Positions 13,401 through 27,900 of a stretch of 64,000 nucleotides of DNA are shown piece by piece. The stretch is from NCBI GenBank assembly GCA_043228905.1, contig JBHGNT010000006.1, forward strand, positions 62,001-126,000, in the 5' to 3' direction. The notes under the pieces are model-generated. The model was not told the origin of the DNA, did no database searches, and was given only the letters and a program-made list of their open reading frames with translations. The DNA comes from Azolla caroliniana. Taxonomy: Eukaryota; Plantae; Polypodiophyta. Position numbers and translations under genes: made by a program. Within the stretch, counting starts at the first letter, position 1, and each line of letters starts with the position of its first letter.

Positions 13401-13778
13401 GCTTCGAATCGCATGTTTGAATACAAAAATCCGATATCACACGAGCCAGGTATGAACATTTTAATTTTCTCAAGGACTCCTCTCAACTGACTCCTCAAAT
13501 TTGGTAATTACGTCATGTCTCTCGACCTGAGTTTCAAAATCTTGATTTATTAATTCTATATGATAGCTAGCGTTGTTAGCTTCGATTCGCATGTTTGAAC
13601 ACAAAAATCCGATATCACACGAGCCAGGTATGAACATTTTTATTTACCTACTAGCTCTTCTCAACTCACTCCTCAAATTTGGTAATTTCTTCATGTCTCT
13701 CGACCTGAGTTTCAAAATGTCGATTTTGTTATTCCATATCATAGCTAGCGTTGTTAGCTTCGATTCGCATGTTTGAAC

Positions 13779-16700
13779 ACAAAAATCCGATATCACACGA
13801 GCCAGGTATGAACATTTTAATTTACTTAAGGACTCCTCTCAACTCACTCCTCAAATTTGGTAATTACGTCATGTCTCTCGACCTGAGTTTCAAAATCTTG
13901 ATTTTTTAATTCCATATCATAGCTAGCGTTGTTAGCTTCGATTCGCATGTTTGAACACAAAAATCCGATATCACACGAGCCAGGTATGAACATTTTAATT
14001 TACCTACTAGCTCTTCTCAACTCAATCCTCAAATTTGGAAATTTCGTCATGTCTCTCGACCTGAGTTTCAAAATCTTGATTTTTTAATTCCATATCATAG
14101 CTAGCGTTGTTAGCTTCGATTCGCATGTTTGAACATAAAAATCCGAGATCACACGAGCCAGGTATGAACATTTTTATTTACCTACTAGCTCTTCTCAACT
14201 CAATGCTCAAATTTGGTAATTACGTCATGTCTCTCGAGCTGAGTTTCAAAATCTTGATTTTTTAATTCTATATGATAGCTAGCATTGTTAGCTTCGAATC
14301 GCATGTTTGAATACAAAAATCCGATATCACACGAGCCAGGTATGAACATTTTAATTTACTCAAAGACTCCTCTCAACTGACTCCTCAAATTTGGTAATTA
14401 CGTCATGTCTCTCGACCTGAGTTTCAAAATCTTGATTTTTTAATTCCATATCATAGCTAGCGTTGTTAGCTTCGATTTGCATGTTTGAACACAAATATCC
14501 GATATCACACGAGCCAGGTATGAACATTTTAATTTACTCAAGCGCTCCTCTCAACTCACTCCTCAAATTTGGTAATTACGTCATGTCTCTCGACCTGAGT
14601 TTCAAAATCTTGATTTTTTAATTCTATATGATAGCTAGCGTTGTTAGCTTCGATTCGCATGTTTAAACACAAAAATCCGATATCACACGAGCCAGGTATG
14701 AACATTTTAATTTACCTACTAGCTCTTCTCAACTAACTCCTCAAATTTGGTAATTTCGTCATGTCTATCGACCTGAGTTTCAAAATCTTGATTTTTTAAT
14801 TCCATATCATAGCTAGCGTTGTTAGCTTCGATTCGCATGTTTGTACACAAAAATCCGATATCACACGAGCCAGGTATGAACATTTTAATTTACTCAAGCG
14901 CTCCTCTCAACTCAGTCCTCAAATTTGGTAATTACGTCATGTCTCTCGACCTGAGTTTCAAAATCTTGATTTTTTAATTCTATATGATAGCTAGCGTTGT
15001 TAGCTTCGATTCGCATGTTTGAACACAAAAATCCGATATCACACGAGCCAGGTATGAACATTTTTATTTACCTACTAGCTCTTCTCAACTCAATGCTCAA
15101 ATTTGGTAATTACGTCATGTCTCTCGAGGTGAGTTTCAAAATCTTGATTTTTTAATTCTATATGATAGCTAGCATTGTTAGCTTCGAATCGCATGTTTGA
15201 ATACAAAAATCCGATATCACACGAGCCAGGTATGAACATTTTAATTTACTCAAGGACTCCTCTCAACTGACTCCTCAAATTTGGTAATTACGTCATGTCT
15301 CTCGACCTGAGTTTCAAAATCTTGATTTTTTAATTCTATATGATAGCTAGCGTTGTTAGCTTCGATTCTCATGTTTGAACACAAAAATCCGATATCACAC
15401 GAGCCAGGTATGAACATTTTTATTTACCTACTAGCTCTTCTTAACTCACTCCTCAAATTTGGTAATTTCATCATGTCTCTCGACATGAGTTTCAAAATGT
15501 TGATTTTTTTATTCCATATCATAGCTATTGTTGTTAGCTTCGATTCGCATGTTTGAACACAAAAATCCGATATCACACGAGCCAGGTATGAACATTTTAA
15601 TTTACTTAAGGGCTCCTCTCAACTCACTCCTCAAATTTGGTAATTACGTCATGTCTCTCGACCTGAGTTTCAAAATCTTGATTTTTTAATTCTATATGAT
15701 AGCTAGCGTTGTTAGCTTCGATTCGCATGTTTGAACACAAAAATCCGATATCACACGAGCCAGGTATGAACATTTTAATTTACCTACTAGCTCTTCTCAA
15801 CTCAATCCTCAAATTTGGTAATTTCGTCATGTCTCTCGACCTGAGTTTCAAAATCTTGATTTTTTAATTCCATATCATAGCTAGCGTTGTTAGCTTCGAT
15901 TCGCATGTTTGTACACAAAAATCTGATATCACACGAGCCAGGTATGAACATTTTAATTTACCTACTAGCTCTTCTCAACTCACTCCTCAAATTTGGTAAT
16001 TACGTCATGTCTCTCGAGCTGATTTTCAAAATCTTGATTTTTTAATTCTATATGATAGCTAGCATTGTTAGCTTCCATTCGCATGTTTGAATACAAAAAT
16101 CCGATATCACACGAGCCAGGTATGAACATTTTAATTTACTCAAGGACTCCTCTCAACTGACTCCTCAAATTTGGTAATTTCGTCATGTCTCTCGACCTGA
16201 GTTTCAGAATCTTGATTTTTTAATTCCATATCATAGCTAGCGTTGTTAGCTTCGATTTGCATGTTTGAACACAAAAACCCGATATCACACGAGCCAGGTA
16301 TGAACATTTTAATTTAGTCAAGCGCTCCTCTCAACTCACTCCTCAAATTTGGTAATTACGTCATGTCTCTCGACCTGAGTTTCAAAATCTTGATTTTTTA
16401 ATTCTATATGATAGCTAGCGTTGTTAGCTTCGATTCGCATGTTTGAATATAAAAATCCGATGTCACACGAGCCAGGTATGAACATTTTAATTTACCTACT
16501 AGCTCTTCTCAACTCACTCCTCAAATTTGGTAATTTTGTCATGTCTCTCGACCTGAGTTTCAGAATCTTGATTTTTTAATTCCATATCATAGCTAGCGTT
16601 GTTAGCTTCGATTCGCATGTTTGAACACAAAAATCCGATATCACACGAGCCAGGTATGAACATTTTAATTTACCTACTAGCTCTTCTCAACTCACTCCTC

Positions 16701-19700
16701 AAATTTGGTAATTTCTTCATGTCTCTCGACCTGAGTTTCAAAATGTTGATTTTCTTATTCCATATCATAGCTAGCGTTGTTAGCTTCGATTCGCATGTTT
16801 GAACACAAAAATCCGATATCACACGAGCCAGGTATGAACATTTTAATTTACTTAAGGGCTCCTCTCAACTCACTCCTCAAATTTGGTAATTACGTCATGT
16901 CTCTCGACCTGAGTTTCAAAATCTTAATTTTTTAATTCTATATGATAGCTAGCGTTGTTAGCTTCGATTCGCATGTTTGAACACAAAAATCCGATATCAC
17001 ACGAGCCAGGTATGAACATTTTAATTTACCTACTAGCTCTTCTCAACTCAATCCTCAAATTTGGAAATTTCGTCATGTCTCTCGACCTGAGTTTCAAAAT
17101 CTTGATTTTTTAATTCCATATCATAGCTAGCGTTGTTAGCTTCGATTAGCATGTTTGTACACAAAAATCTGATATCACACGAGCCAGGTATGACCATTTT
17201 TATTTACCTACTAGCTCTTCTCAACTCACTCCTCAAATTTGGTAATTACATCATGTCTCTCGAGCTGAGTTTCAAAATCTTGATTTTTTAATTCTATATG
17301 ATAGCTAGCATTGTTAGCTTCGATTCGCATGTTTGAATACAAAAATCCGATATCACACGAGCCAGGTATGAACATTTTAATTTACTTAAGGACTCCTCTC
17401 AACTCACTCCTCAAATTTGGTAATTACGTCATGTCTCTCGACCTGAGTTTCAAAATCTTGATTTTTTAATTCCATATCATAGCTAGCGTTGTTAGCTTCG
17501 ATTCGCATGTTTGAACACAAAAATCCGATATCACACGAGCCAGGTATGAACATTTTAATTTACCTACTAGCTCTTCTCAACTCAATCCTCAAATTTGGAA
17601 ATTTCGTCATGTCTCTCGACCTGAGTTTCAAAATCTTGATTTTTTAATTCCATATCATAGCTAGCGTTGTTAGCTTCGATTCGCATGTTTGAACATAAAA
17701 ATCCGAGATCACACGAGCCAGGTATGAACATTTTTATTTACCTACTAGCTCTTCTCAACTCAATGCTCAAATTTGGTAATTACGTCATGTCTCTCGAGCT
17801 GAGTTTCAAAATCTTGATTTTTTAATTCTATATGATAGCTAGCATTGTTAGCTTCGAATCGCATGTTTGAATACAAAAATCCGATATCACACGAGCCAGG
17901 TATGAACATTTTAATTTACTCAAAGACTCCTCTCAACTGACTCCTCAAATTTGGTAATTACGTCATGTCTCTCGACCTGAGTTTCAAAATCTTGATTTTT
18001 TAATTCCATATCATAGCTAGCGTTGTTAGCTTCGATTTGCATGTTTGAACACAAATATCCGATATCACACGAGCCAGGTATGAACATTTTAATTTACTCA
18101 AGCGCTCCTCTCAACTCACTCCTCAAATTTGGTAATTACGTCATGTCTCTCGACCTGAGTTTCAAAATCTTGATTTTTTAATTCTATATGATAGCTAGCG
18201 TTGTTAGCTTCGATTCGCATGTTTAAACACAAAAATCCGATATCACACGAGCCAGGTATGAACATTTTAATTTACCTACTAGCTCTTCTCAACTAACTCC
18301 TCAAATTTGGTAATTTCGTCATGTCTATCGACCTGAGTTTCAAAATCTTGATTTTTTAATTCCATATCATAGCTAGCGTTGTTAGCTTCGATTCGCATGT
18401 TTGTACACAAAAATCCGATATCACACGAGCCAGGTATGAACATTTTAATTTACTCAAGCGCTCCTCTCAACTCAGTCCTCAAATTTGGTAATTACGTCAT
18501 GTCTCTCGACCTGAGTTTCAAAATCTTGATTTTTTAATTCTATATGATAGCTAGCGTTGTTAGCTTCGATTCGCATGTTTGAACACAAAAATCCGATATC
18601 ACACGAGCCAGGTATGAACATTTTTATTTACCTACTAGCTCTTCTCAACTCAATGCTCAAATTTGGTAATTACGTCATGTCTCTCGAGGTGAGTTTCAAA
18701 ATCTTGATTTTTTAATTCTATATGATAGCTAGCATTGTTAGCTTCGAATCGCATGTTTGAATACAAAAATCCGATATCACACGAGCCAGGTATGAACATT
18801 TTAATTTACTCAAGGACTCCTCTCAACTGACTCCTCAAATTTGGTAATTACGTCATGTCTCTCGACCTGAGTTTCAAAATCTTGATTTTTTAATTCTATA
18901 TGATAGCTAGCGTTGTTAGCTTCGATTCTCATGTTTGAACACAAAAATCCGATATCACACGAGCCAGGTATGAACATTTTTATTTACCTACTAGCTCTTC
19001 TTAACTCACTCCTCAAATTTGGTAATTTCATCATGTCTCTCGACATGAGTTTCAAAATGTTGATTTTTTTATTCCATATCATAGCTATTGTTGTTAGCTT
19101 CGATTCGCATGTTTGAACACAAAAATCCGATATCACACGAGCCAGGTATGAACATTTTAATTTACTTAAGGGCTCCTCTCAACTCACTCCTCAAATTTGG
19201 TAATTACGTCATGTCTCTCGACCTGAGTTTCAAAATCTTGATTTTTTAATTCTATATGATAGCTAGCGTTGTTAGCTTCGATTCGCATGTTTGAACACAA
19301 AAATCCGATATCACACGAGCCAGGTATGAACATTTTAATTTACCTACTAGCTCTTCTCAACTCAATCCTCAAATTTGGTAATTTCGTCATGTCTCTCGAC
19401 CTGAGTTTCAAAATCTTGATTTTTTAATTCCATATCATAGCTAGCGTTGTTAGCTTCGATTCGCATGTTTGTACACAAAAATCTGATATCACACGAGCCA
19501 GGTATGAACATTTTAATTTACCTACTAGCTCTTCTCAACTCACTCCTCAAATTTGGTAATTACGTCATGTCTCTCGAGCTGATTTTCAAAATCTTGATTT
19601 TTTAATTCTATATGATAGCTAGCATTGTTAGCTTCCATTCGCATGTTTGAATACAAAAATCCGATATCACACGAGCCAGGTATGAACATTTTAATTTACT

Positions 19701-20946
19701 CAAGGACTCCTCTCAACTGACTCCTCAAATTTGGTAATTTCGTCATGTCTCTCGACCTGAGTTTCAGAATCTTGATTTTTTAATTCCATATCATAGCTAG
19801 CGTTGTTAGCTTCGATTTGCATGTTTGAACACAAAAACCCGATATCACACGAGCCAGGTATGAACATTTTAATTTAGTCAAGCGCTCCTCTCAACTCACT
19901 CCTCAAATTTGGTAATTACGTCATGTCTCTCGACCTGAGTTTCAAAATCTTGATTTTTTAATTCTATATGATAGCTAGCGTTGTTAGCTTCGATTCGCAT
20001 GTTTGAATATAAAAATCCGATGTCACACGAGCCAGGTATGAACATTTTAATTTACCTACTAGCTCTTCTCAACTCACTCCTCAAATTTGGTAATTTTGTC
20101 ATGTCTCTCGACCTGAGTTTCAGAATCTTGATTTTTTAATTCCATATCATAGCTAGCGTTGTTAGCTTCGATTCGCATGTTTGAACACAAAAATCCGATA
20201 TCACACGAGCCAGGTATGAACATTTTAATTTACCTACTAGCTCTTCTCAACTCACTCCTCAAATTTGGTAATTTCTTCATGTCTCTCGACCTGAGTTTCA
20301 AAATGTTGATTTTCTTATTCCATATCATAGCTAGCGTTGTTAGCTTCGATTCGCATGTTTGAACACAAAAATCCGATATCACACGAGCCAGGTATGAACA
20401 TTTTAATTTACTTAAGGGCTCCTCTCAACTCACTCCTCAAATTTGGTAATTACGTCATGTCTCTCGACCTGAGTTTCAAAATCTTGATTTTTTAATTCTA
20501 TATGATAGCTAGCGTTGTTAGCTTCGATTCGCATGTTTGAACACAAAAATCCGATATCACACGAGCCAGGTATGAACATTTTAATTTACCTACTAGCTCT
20601 TCTCAACTCAATCCTCAAATTTGGAAATTTCGTCATGTCTCTCGACCTGAGTTTCAAAATCTTGATTTTTTAATTCCATATCATAGCTAGCGTTGTTAGC
20701 TTCGATTAGCATGTTTGTACACAAAAATCTGATATCACACGAGCCAGGTATGACCATTTTTATTTACCTACTAGCTCTTCTCAACTCACTCCTCAAATTT
20801 GGTAATTACATCATGTCTCTCGAGCTGAGTTTCAAAATCTTGATTTTTTAATTCTATATGATAGCTAGCATTGTTAGCTTCGATTCGCATGTTTGAATAC
20901 AAAAATCCGATATCACACGAGCCAGGTATGAACATTTTAATTTACT
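13779..20946 (+). repeat. 20-monomer tandem duplication (period 3560 bp), near-identical copies
   Basis: Rare variants atccgagatc 14141/17701, caaagactcc 14361/17921, ctctcgaggt 15121/18681; ORFs 15353/18913 and 16599/20159. One difference seen (16926 a vs 20486 g). Confidence 0.93.
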
Positions 20947-23900
20947 CAAGGACTCCTCTCAACTGACTCCTCAAATTTGGTAATTACGTCATGTCTCTCG
21001 ACCTGAGTTTCAAAATCTTGATTTTTTAATTCCATATCATAGCTAGCGTTGTTAGCTTCGATTTGCATGTTTGAACACAAATATCCGATATCACACGAGC
21101 CAGGTATGAACATTTTAATTTACTCAAGCGCTCCTCTCAACTCACTCCTCAAATTTGGTAATTACGTCATGTCTCTCGACCTGAGTTTCAAAATCTTGAT
21201 TTTTTAATTCTATATCATAGCTAGCGTTGTTAGCTTCGATTCGCATGTTTAAACACAAAAATCCGATATCACACGAGCCAGGTATGAACATTTTAATTTA
21301 CCTACTAGCTCTTCTCAACTAACTCCTCAAATTTGGTAATTTCGTCATGTCTATCGACCTGAGTTTCAAAATCTTGATTTTTTAATTCCATATCATAGCT
21401 AGCGTTGTTAGCTTCGATTCGCATGTTTGTACACAAAAATCCGATATCACACGAGCCAGGTATGAACATTTTTATTTACCTACTAGCTCTTCTTAACTCA
21501 CTCCTCAAATTTGGTAATTTCTTCATGTCTCTCGACATGAGTTTCAAAATGTTGATTTTTTTATTCCATATCATAGCTATTGTTGTTAGCTTCGATTCGC
21601 ATGTTTGAACACAAAAATCCGATATCACACGAGCCAGGTATGAACATTTTAATTTACTTAAGGGCTCCTCTCAACTCACTCCTCAAATTTGGTAATTACG
21701 TCATGTCTCTCGACCTGAGTTTCAAAATCTTGATTTTTTAATTCTATATGATAGCTAGCGTTGTTAGCTTCGATTCGCATGTTTGAACACAAAAATCCGA
21801 TATCACACGAGCCAGGTATGAACATTTTAATTTACCTACTAGCTCTTCTCAACTCAATCCTCAAATTTGGTAATTTCGTCATGTCTCTCGACCTGAGTTT
21901 CAAAATCTTGATTTTTTAATTCCATATCATAGCTAGCGTTGTTAGCTTCGATTCGCATGTTTGTACACAAAAATCTGATATCACACGAGCCAGGTATGAA
22001 CATTTTAATTTACCTACTAGCTCTTCTCAACTCACTCCTCAAATTTGGTAATTACGTCATGTCTCTCGAGCTGATTTTCAAAATCTTGATTTTTTAATTC
22101 TATATGATAGCTAGCATTGTAAGCTTCCATTCGCATGTTTGAATACAAAAATCCGATATCACACGAGCCAGGTATGAACATTTTAATTTACTCAAGCGCT
22201 CCTCTCAACTCACTCCTCAAATTTGGTAATTACGTCATGTCTCTCGACCTGAGTTTCAAAATCTTGATTTTTTAATTCTATATCATAGCTAGCGTTGTTA
22301 GCTTCGATTCGCATGTTTAAACACAAAAAACCGATATCACACGAGCCAGGTATGAACATTTTAATTTACCTACTAGCTCTTCTCAACTAACTCCTCAAAT
22401 TTGGTAATTTCGTCATGTCTATCGACCTGAGTTTCAAAATCTTGATTTTTTAATTCCATATCATAGCTAGCGTTGTTAGCTTCGATTCGCATGTTTGTAC
22501 ACAAAAATCCGATATCACACGAGCCAGGTATGAACATTTTTATTTACCTACTAGCTCTTCTTAACTCACTATTCAAATTTGGTAATTTCTTCATGTCTCT
22601 CGACATGAGTTTCAAAATGTTGATTTTCTTATTCCATATCATAGCTAGCGTTGTTAGCTTCGATTCGCATGTTTGAACACAAAAATCCGATATCACACGA
22701 GCCAGGTATGAACATTTTAATTTACTTAAGGGCTCCTCTCAACTCACTCCTCAAATTTGGTAATTACGTCATGTCTCTCGACCTGAGTTTCAAAATCTTG
22801 ATTTTTTAATTCTATATGATAGCTAGCGTTGTTAGCTTCGATTCGCATGTTTGAACACAAAAATCCGATATCACACGAGCCAGGTATGAACATTTTAATT
22901 TACCTACTAGCTCTTCTCAACTCAATCCTCAAATTTGGAAATTTCGTCATGTCTCTCGACCTGAGTTTCAAAATCTTGATTTTTTAATTCCATATCATAG
23001 CTAGCGTTGTTAGCTTCGATTAGCATGTTTGTACACAAAAATCTGATATCACACGAGCCAGGTATGACCATTTTTATTTACCTACTAGCTCTTCTCAACT
23101 CACTCCTCAAATTTGGTAATTACATCATGTCTCTCGAGCTGAGTTTCAAAATCTTGATTTTTTAATTCTATATGATAGCTAGCATTGTTAGCTTCGATTC
23201 GCATGTTTGAATACAAAAATCCGATATCACACGAGCCAGGTATGAACATTTTAATTTACTCAAGGACTCCTCTCAACTGACTCCTCAAATTTGGTAATTA
23301 CGTCATGTCTCTCGACCTGAGTTTCAAAATCTTGATTTTTTAATTCCATATCATAGCTAGCGTTGTTAGCTTCGATTTGCATGTTTGAACACAAATATCC
23401 GATATCACACGAGCCAGGTATGAACATTTTAATTTACTCAAGCGCTCCTCTCAACTCACTCCTCAAATTTGGTAATTACGTCATGTCTCTCGACCTGAGT
23501 TTCAAAATCTTGATTTTTTAATTCTATATCATAGCTAGCGTTGTTAGCTTCGATTCGCATGTTTAAACACAAAAATCCGATATCACACGAGCCAGGTATG
23601 AACATTTTAATTTACCTACTAGCTCTTCTCAACTAACTCCTCAAATTTGGTAATTTCGTCATGTCTATCGACCTGAGTTTCAAAATCTTGATTTTTTAAT
23701 TCCATATCATAGCTAGCGTTGTTAGCTTCGATTCGCATGTTTGTACACAAAAATCCGATATCACACGAGCCAGGTATGAACATTTTTATTTACCTACTAG
23801 CTCTTCTTAACTCACTCCTCAAATTTGGTAATTTCTTCATGTCTCTCGACATGAGTTTCAAAATGTTGATTTTTTTATTCCATATCATAGCTATTGTTGT

Positions 23901-24941
23901 TAGCTTCGATTCGCATGTTTGAACACAAAAATCCGATATCACACGAGCCAGGTATGAACATTTTAATTTACTTAAGGGCTCCTCTCAACTCACTCCTCAA
24001 ATTTGGTAATTACGTCATGTCTCTCGACCTGAGTTTCAAAATCTTGATTTTTTAATTCTATATGATAGCTAGCGTTGTTAGCTTCGATTCGCATGTTTGA
24101 ACACAAAAATCCGATATCACACGAGCCAGGTATGAACATTTTAATTTACCTACTAGCTCTTCTCAACTCAATCCTCAAATTTGGTAATTTCGTCATGTCT
24201 CTCGACCTGAGTTTCAAAATCTTGATTTTTTAATTCCATATCATAGCTAGCGTTGTTAGCTTCGATTCGCATGTTTGTACACAAAAATCTGATATCACAC
24301 GAGCCAGGTATGAACATTTTAATTTACCTACTAGCTCTTCTCAACTCACTCCTCAAATTTGGTAATTACGTCATGTCTCTCGAGCTGATTTTCAAAATCT
24401 TGATTTTTTAATTCTATATGATAGCTAGCATTGTAAGCTTCCATTCGCATGTTTGAATACAAAAATCCGATATCACACGAGCCAGGTATGAACATTTTAA
24501 TTTACTCAAGCGCTCCTCTCAACTCACTCCTCAAATTTGGTAATTACGTCATGTCTCTCGACCTGAGTTTCAAAATCTTGATTTTTTAATTCTATATGAT
24601 AGCTAGCGTTGTTAGCTTCGATTCGCATGTTTAAACACAAAAAACCGATATCACACGAGCCAGGTATGAACATTTTAATTTACCTACTAGCTCTTCTCAA
24701 CTAACTCCTCAAATTTGGTAATTTCGTCATGTCTATCGACCTGAGTTTCAAAATCTTGATTTTTTAATTCCATATCATAGCTAGCGTTGTTAGCTTCGAT
24801 TCGCATGTTTGTACACAAAAATCCGATATCACACGAGCCAGGTATGAACATTTTTATTTACCTACTAGCTCTTCTTAACTCACTACTCAAATTTGGTAAT
24901 TTCTTCATGTCTCTCGACATGAGTTTCAAAATGTTGATTTT
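20292..24941 (+). repeat. 13-monomer tandem duplication (period 2314 bp)
   Basis: cattgtaagcttcc ~22115/24429, aaaaaaccgata ~22325/24639; ORFs 21405/23719 and 22473/24787. Confidence 0.9.
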
Positions 24942-27900
24942 TTTATTCCATATCATAGCTATTGTTGTTAGCTTCGATTCGCATGTTTGAACACAAAAAT
25001 CCGATATCACACGAGCCAGGTATGAACATTTTAATTTACTTAAGGGCTCCTCTCAACTCACTCCTCAAATTTGGTAATTACGTCATGTCTCTCGACCTGA
25101 GTTTCAAAATCTTGATTTTTTAATTCTATATGATAGCTAGCGTTGTTAGCTTCGATTCGCATGTTTGAACACAAAAATCCGATATCACACGAGCCAGGTA
25201 TGAACATTTTAATTTACCTACTAGCTCTTCTCAACTCAATCCTCAAATTTGGTAATTTCGTCATGTCTCTCGACCTGAGTTTCAAAATCTTGATTTTTTA
25301 ATTCCATATCATAGCTAGCGTTGTTAGCTTCGATTCGCATGTTTGTACACAAAAATCAGATATCACACGAGCCAGGTATGAACATTTTTATTTACCTACT
25401 AGCTCTTCTCAACTCACTCCTCAAATTTGGTAATTACGTCATGTCTCTCGAGCTGATTTTCAAAATCTTGATTTTTTAATTCTATATGATAGCTAGCATT
25501 GTTAGCTTCCATTCGCATGTTTGAATACAAAAATCCGATATCACACGAGCCAGGTATGAACATTTTAATTTACTCAAGGACTCCTCTCAACTGACTCCTC
25601 AAATTTGGTAATTTCGTCATGTCTCTCGACCTGAGTTTCAGAATCTTGATTTTTTAATTCCATATCATAGCTAGCGTTGTTAGCTTCGATTTGCATGTTT
25701 GAACACAAAAACCCGATATCACACGAGCCAGGTATGAACATTTTAATTTAGTCAAGCGCTCCTCTCAACTCACTCCTCAAATTTGGTAATTACGTCATGT
25801 CTCTCGACCTGAGTTTCAAAATCTTGATTTTTTAATTCTATATGATAGCTAGCGTTGTTAGCTTCGATTCGCATGTTTGAATATAAAAATCCGATGTCAC
25901 ACGAGCCAGGTATGAACATTTTAATTTACCTACTAGCTCTTCTCAACTCACTCCTCAAATTTGGTAATTTTGTCATGTCTCTCGACCTGAGTTTCAGAAT
26001 CTTGATTTTTTAATTCCATATCATAGCTAGCGTTGTTAGCTTCGATTCGCATGTTTGAACACAAAAATCCGATATCACACGAGCCAGGTATGAACATTTT
26101 AATTTACCTACTAGCTCTTCTCAACTCACTCCTCAAATTTGGTAATTTCTTCATGTCTCTCGACCTTAGTTTCAAAATGTTGATTTTCTTATTCCATATC
26201 ATAGCTAGCGTTGTTAGCTTCGATTCGCATGTTTGAACACAAAAATCCGATATCACACGAGCCAGGTATGAACATTTTAATTTACTTAAGGGCTCCTCTC
26301 AACTCACTCCTCAAATTTGGTAATTACGTCATGTCTCTCGACCTGAGTTTCAAAATCTTGATTTTCTTATTCCATATCATAGCTAGCGTTGTTAGCTTCG
26401 ATTCGCATGTTTGAACACAAAAATCCGATATCACACGAGCCAGGTATGAACATTTTAATTTACTTAAGGGCTCCTCTCAACTCACTCCTCAAATTTGGTA
26501 ATTACGTCATGTCTCTCGAGCTGAGTTTCAAAATCTTGATTTTTTAATTCTATATGATAGCTAGCATTGTTAGCTTCGAATCGCATGTTTGAATACAAAA
26601 ATCCGATATCACACGAGCCAGGTATGAACATTTTAATTTACTCAAGGACTCCTCTCAACTGACTCCTCAAATTTGGTAATTACGTCATGTCTCTCGACCT
26701 GAGTTTCAAAATCTTGATTTTTTAATTCCATATCATAGCTAGCGTTGTTAGCTTCGATTTGCATGTTTGAACACAAATATCCGATATCACACGAGCCAGG
26801 TATGAACATTTTAATTTACTCAAGCGCTCCTCTCAACTCACTCCTCAAATTTGGTAATTACGTCATGTCTCTCGACCTGAGTTTCAAAATCTTGATTTTT
26901 TAATTCTATATGATAGCTAGCGTTGTTAGCTTCGATTCGCATGTTTAAACACAAAAATCCGATATCACACGAGCCAGGTATGAACATTTTAATTTACCTA
27001 CTAGCTCTTCTCAACTAACTCCTCAAATTTGGTAATTTCGTCATGTCTATCGACCTGAGTTTCAAAATCTTGATTTTTTAATTCCATATCATAGCTAGCG
27101 TTGTTAGCTTCGATTCGCATGTTTGTACACAAAAATCCGATATCACACGAGCCAGGTATGAACATTTTAATTTACTCAAGCGCTCCTCTCAACTCAGTCC
27201 TCAAATTTGGTAATTACGTCATGTCTCTCGACCTGAGTTTCAAAATCTTGATTTTTTAATTCTATATGATAGCTAGCGTTGTTAGCTTCGATTCGCATGT
27301 TTGAACACAAAAATCCGATATCACACGAGCCAGGTATGAACATTTTTATTTACCTACTAGCTCTTCTCAACTCAGTCCTCAAATTTGGTAATTACGTCAT
27401 GTCTCTCGAGCTGAGTTTCAAAATCTTGATTTTTTAATTCTATATGATAGCTAGCATTGTTAGCTTCGAATCGCATGTTTGAATACAAAAATCCGATATC
27501 ACACGAGCCAGGTATGAACATTTTAATTTACTCAAGGACTCCTCTCAACTGACTCCTCAAATTTGGTAATTACGTCATGTCTCTCGACCTGAGTTTCAAA
27601 ATCTTGATTTTTTAATTCTATATGATAGCTAGCGTTGTTAGCTTCGATTCGCATGTTTGAACACAAAAATCCGATATCACACGAGCCAGGTATGAACATT
27701 TTAATTTACCTACTAGCTCTTCTCAACTCACTCCTCAAATTTGGTAATTTCTTCATGTCTCTCGACCTGAGTTTCAAAATGTTGATTTTCTTATTCCATA
27801 TCATAGCTAGCGTTGTTAGCTTCGATTCGCATGTTTGAACACAAAAATCCGATATCACACGAGCCAGGTATGAACATTTTAATTTACTTAAGGGCTCCTC

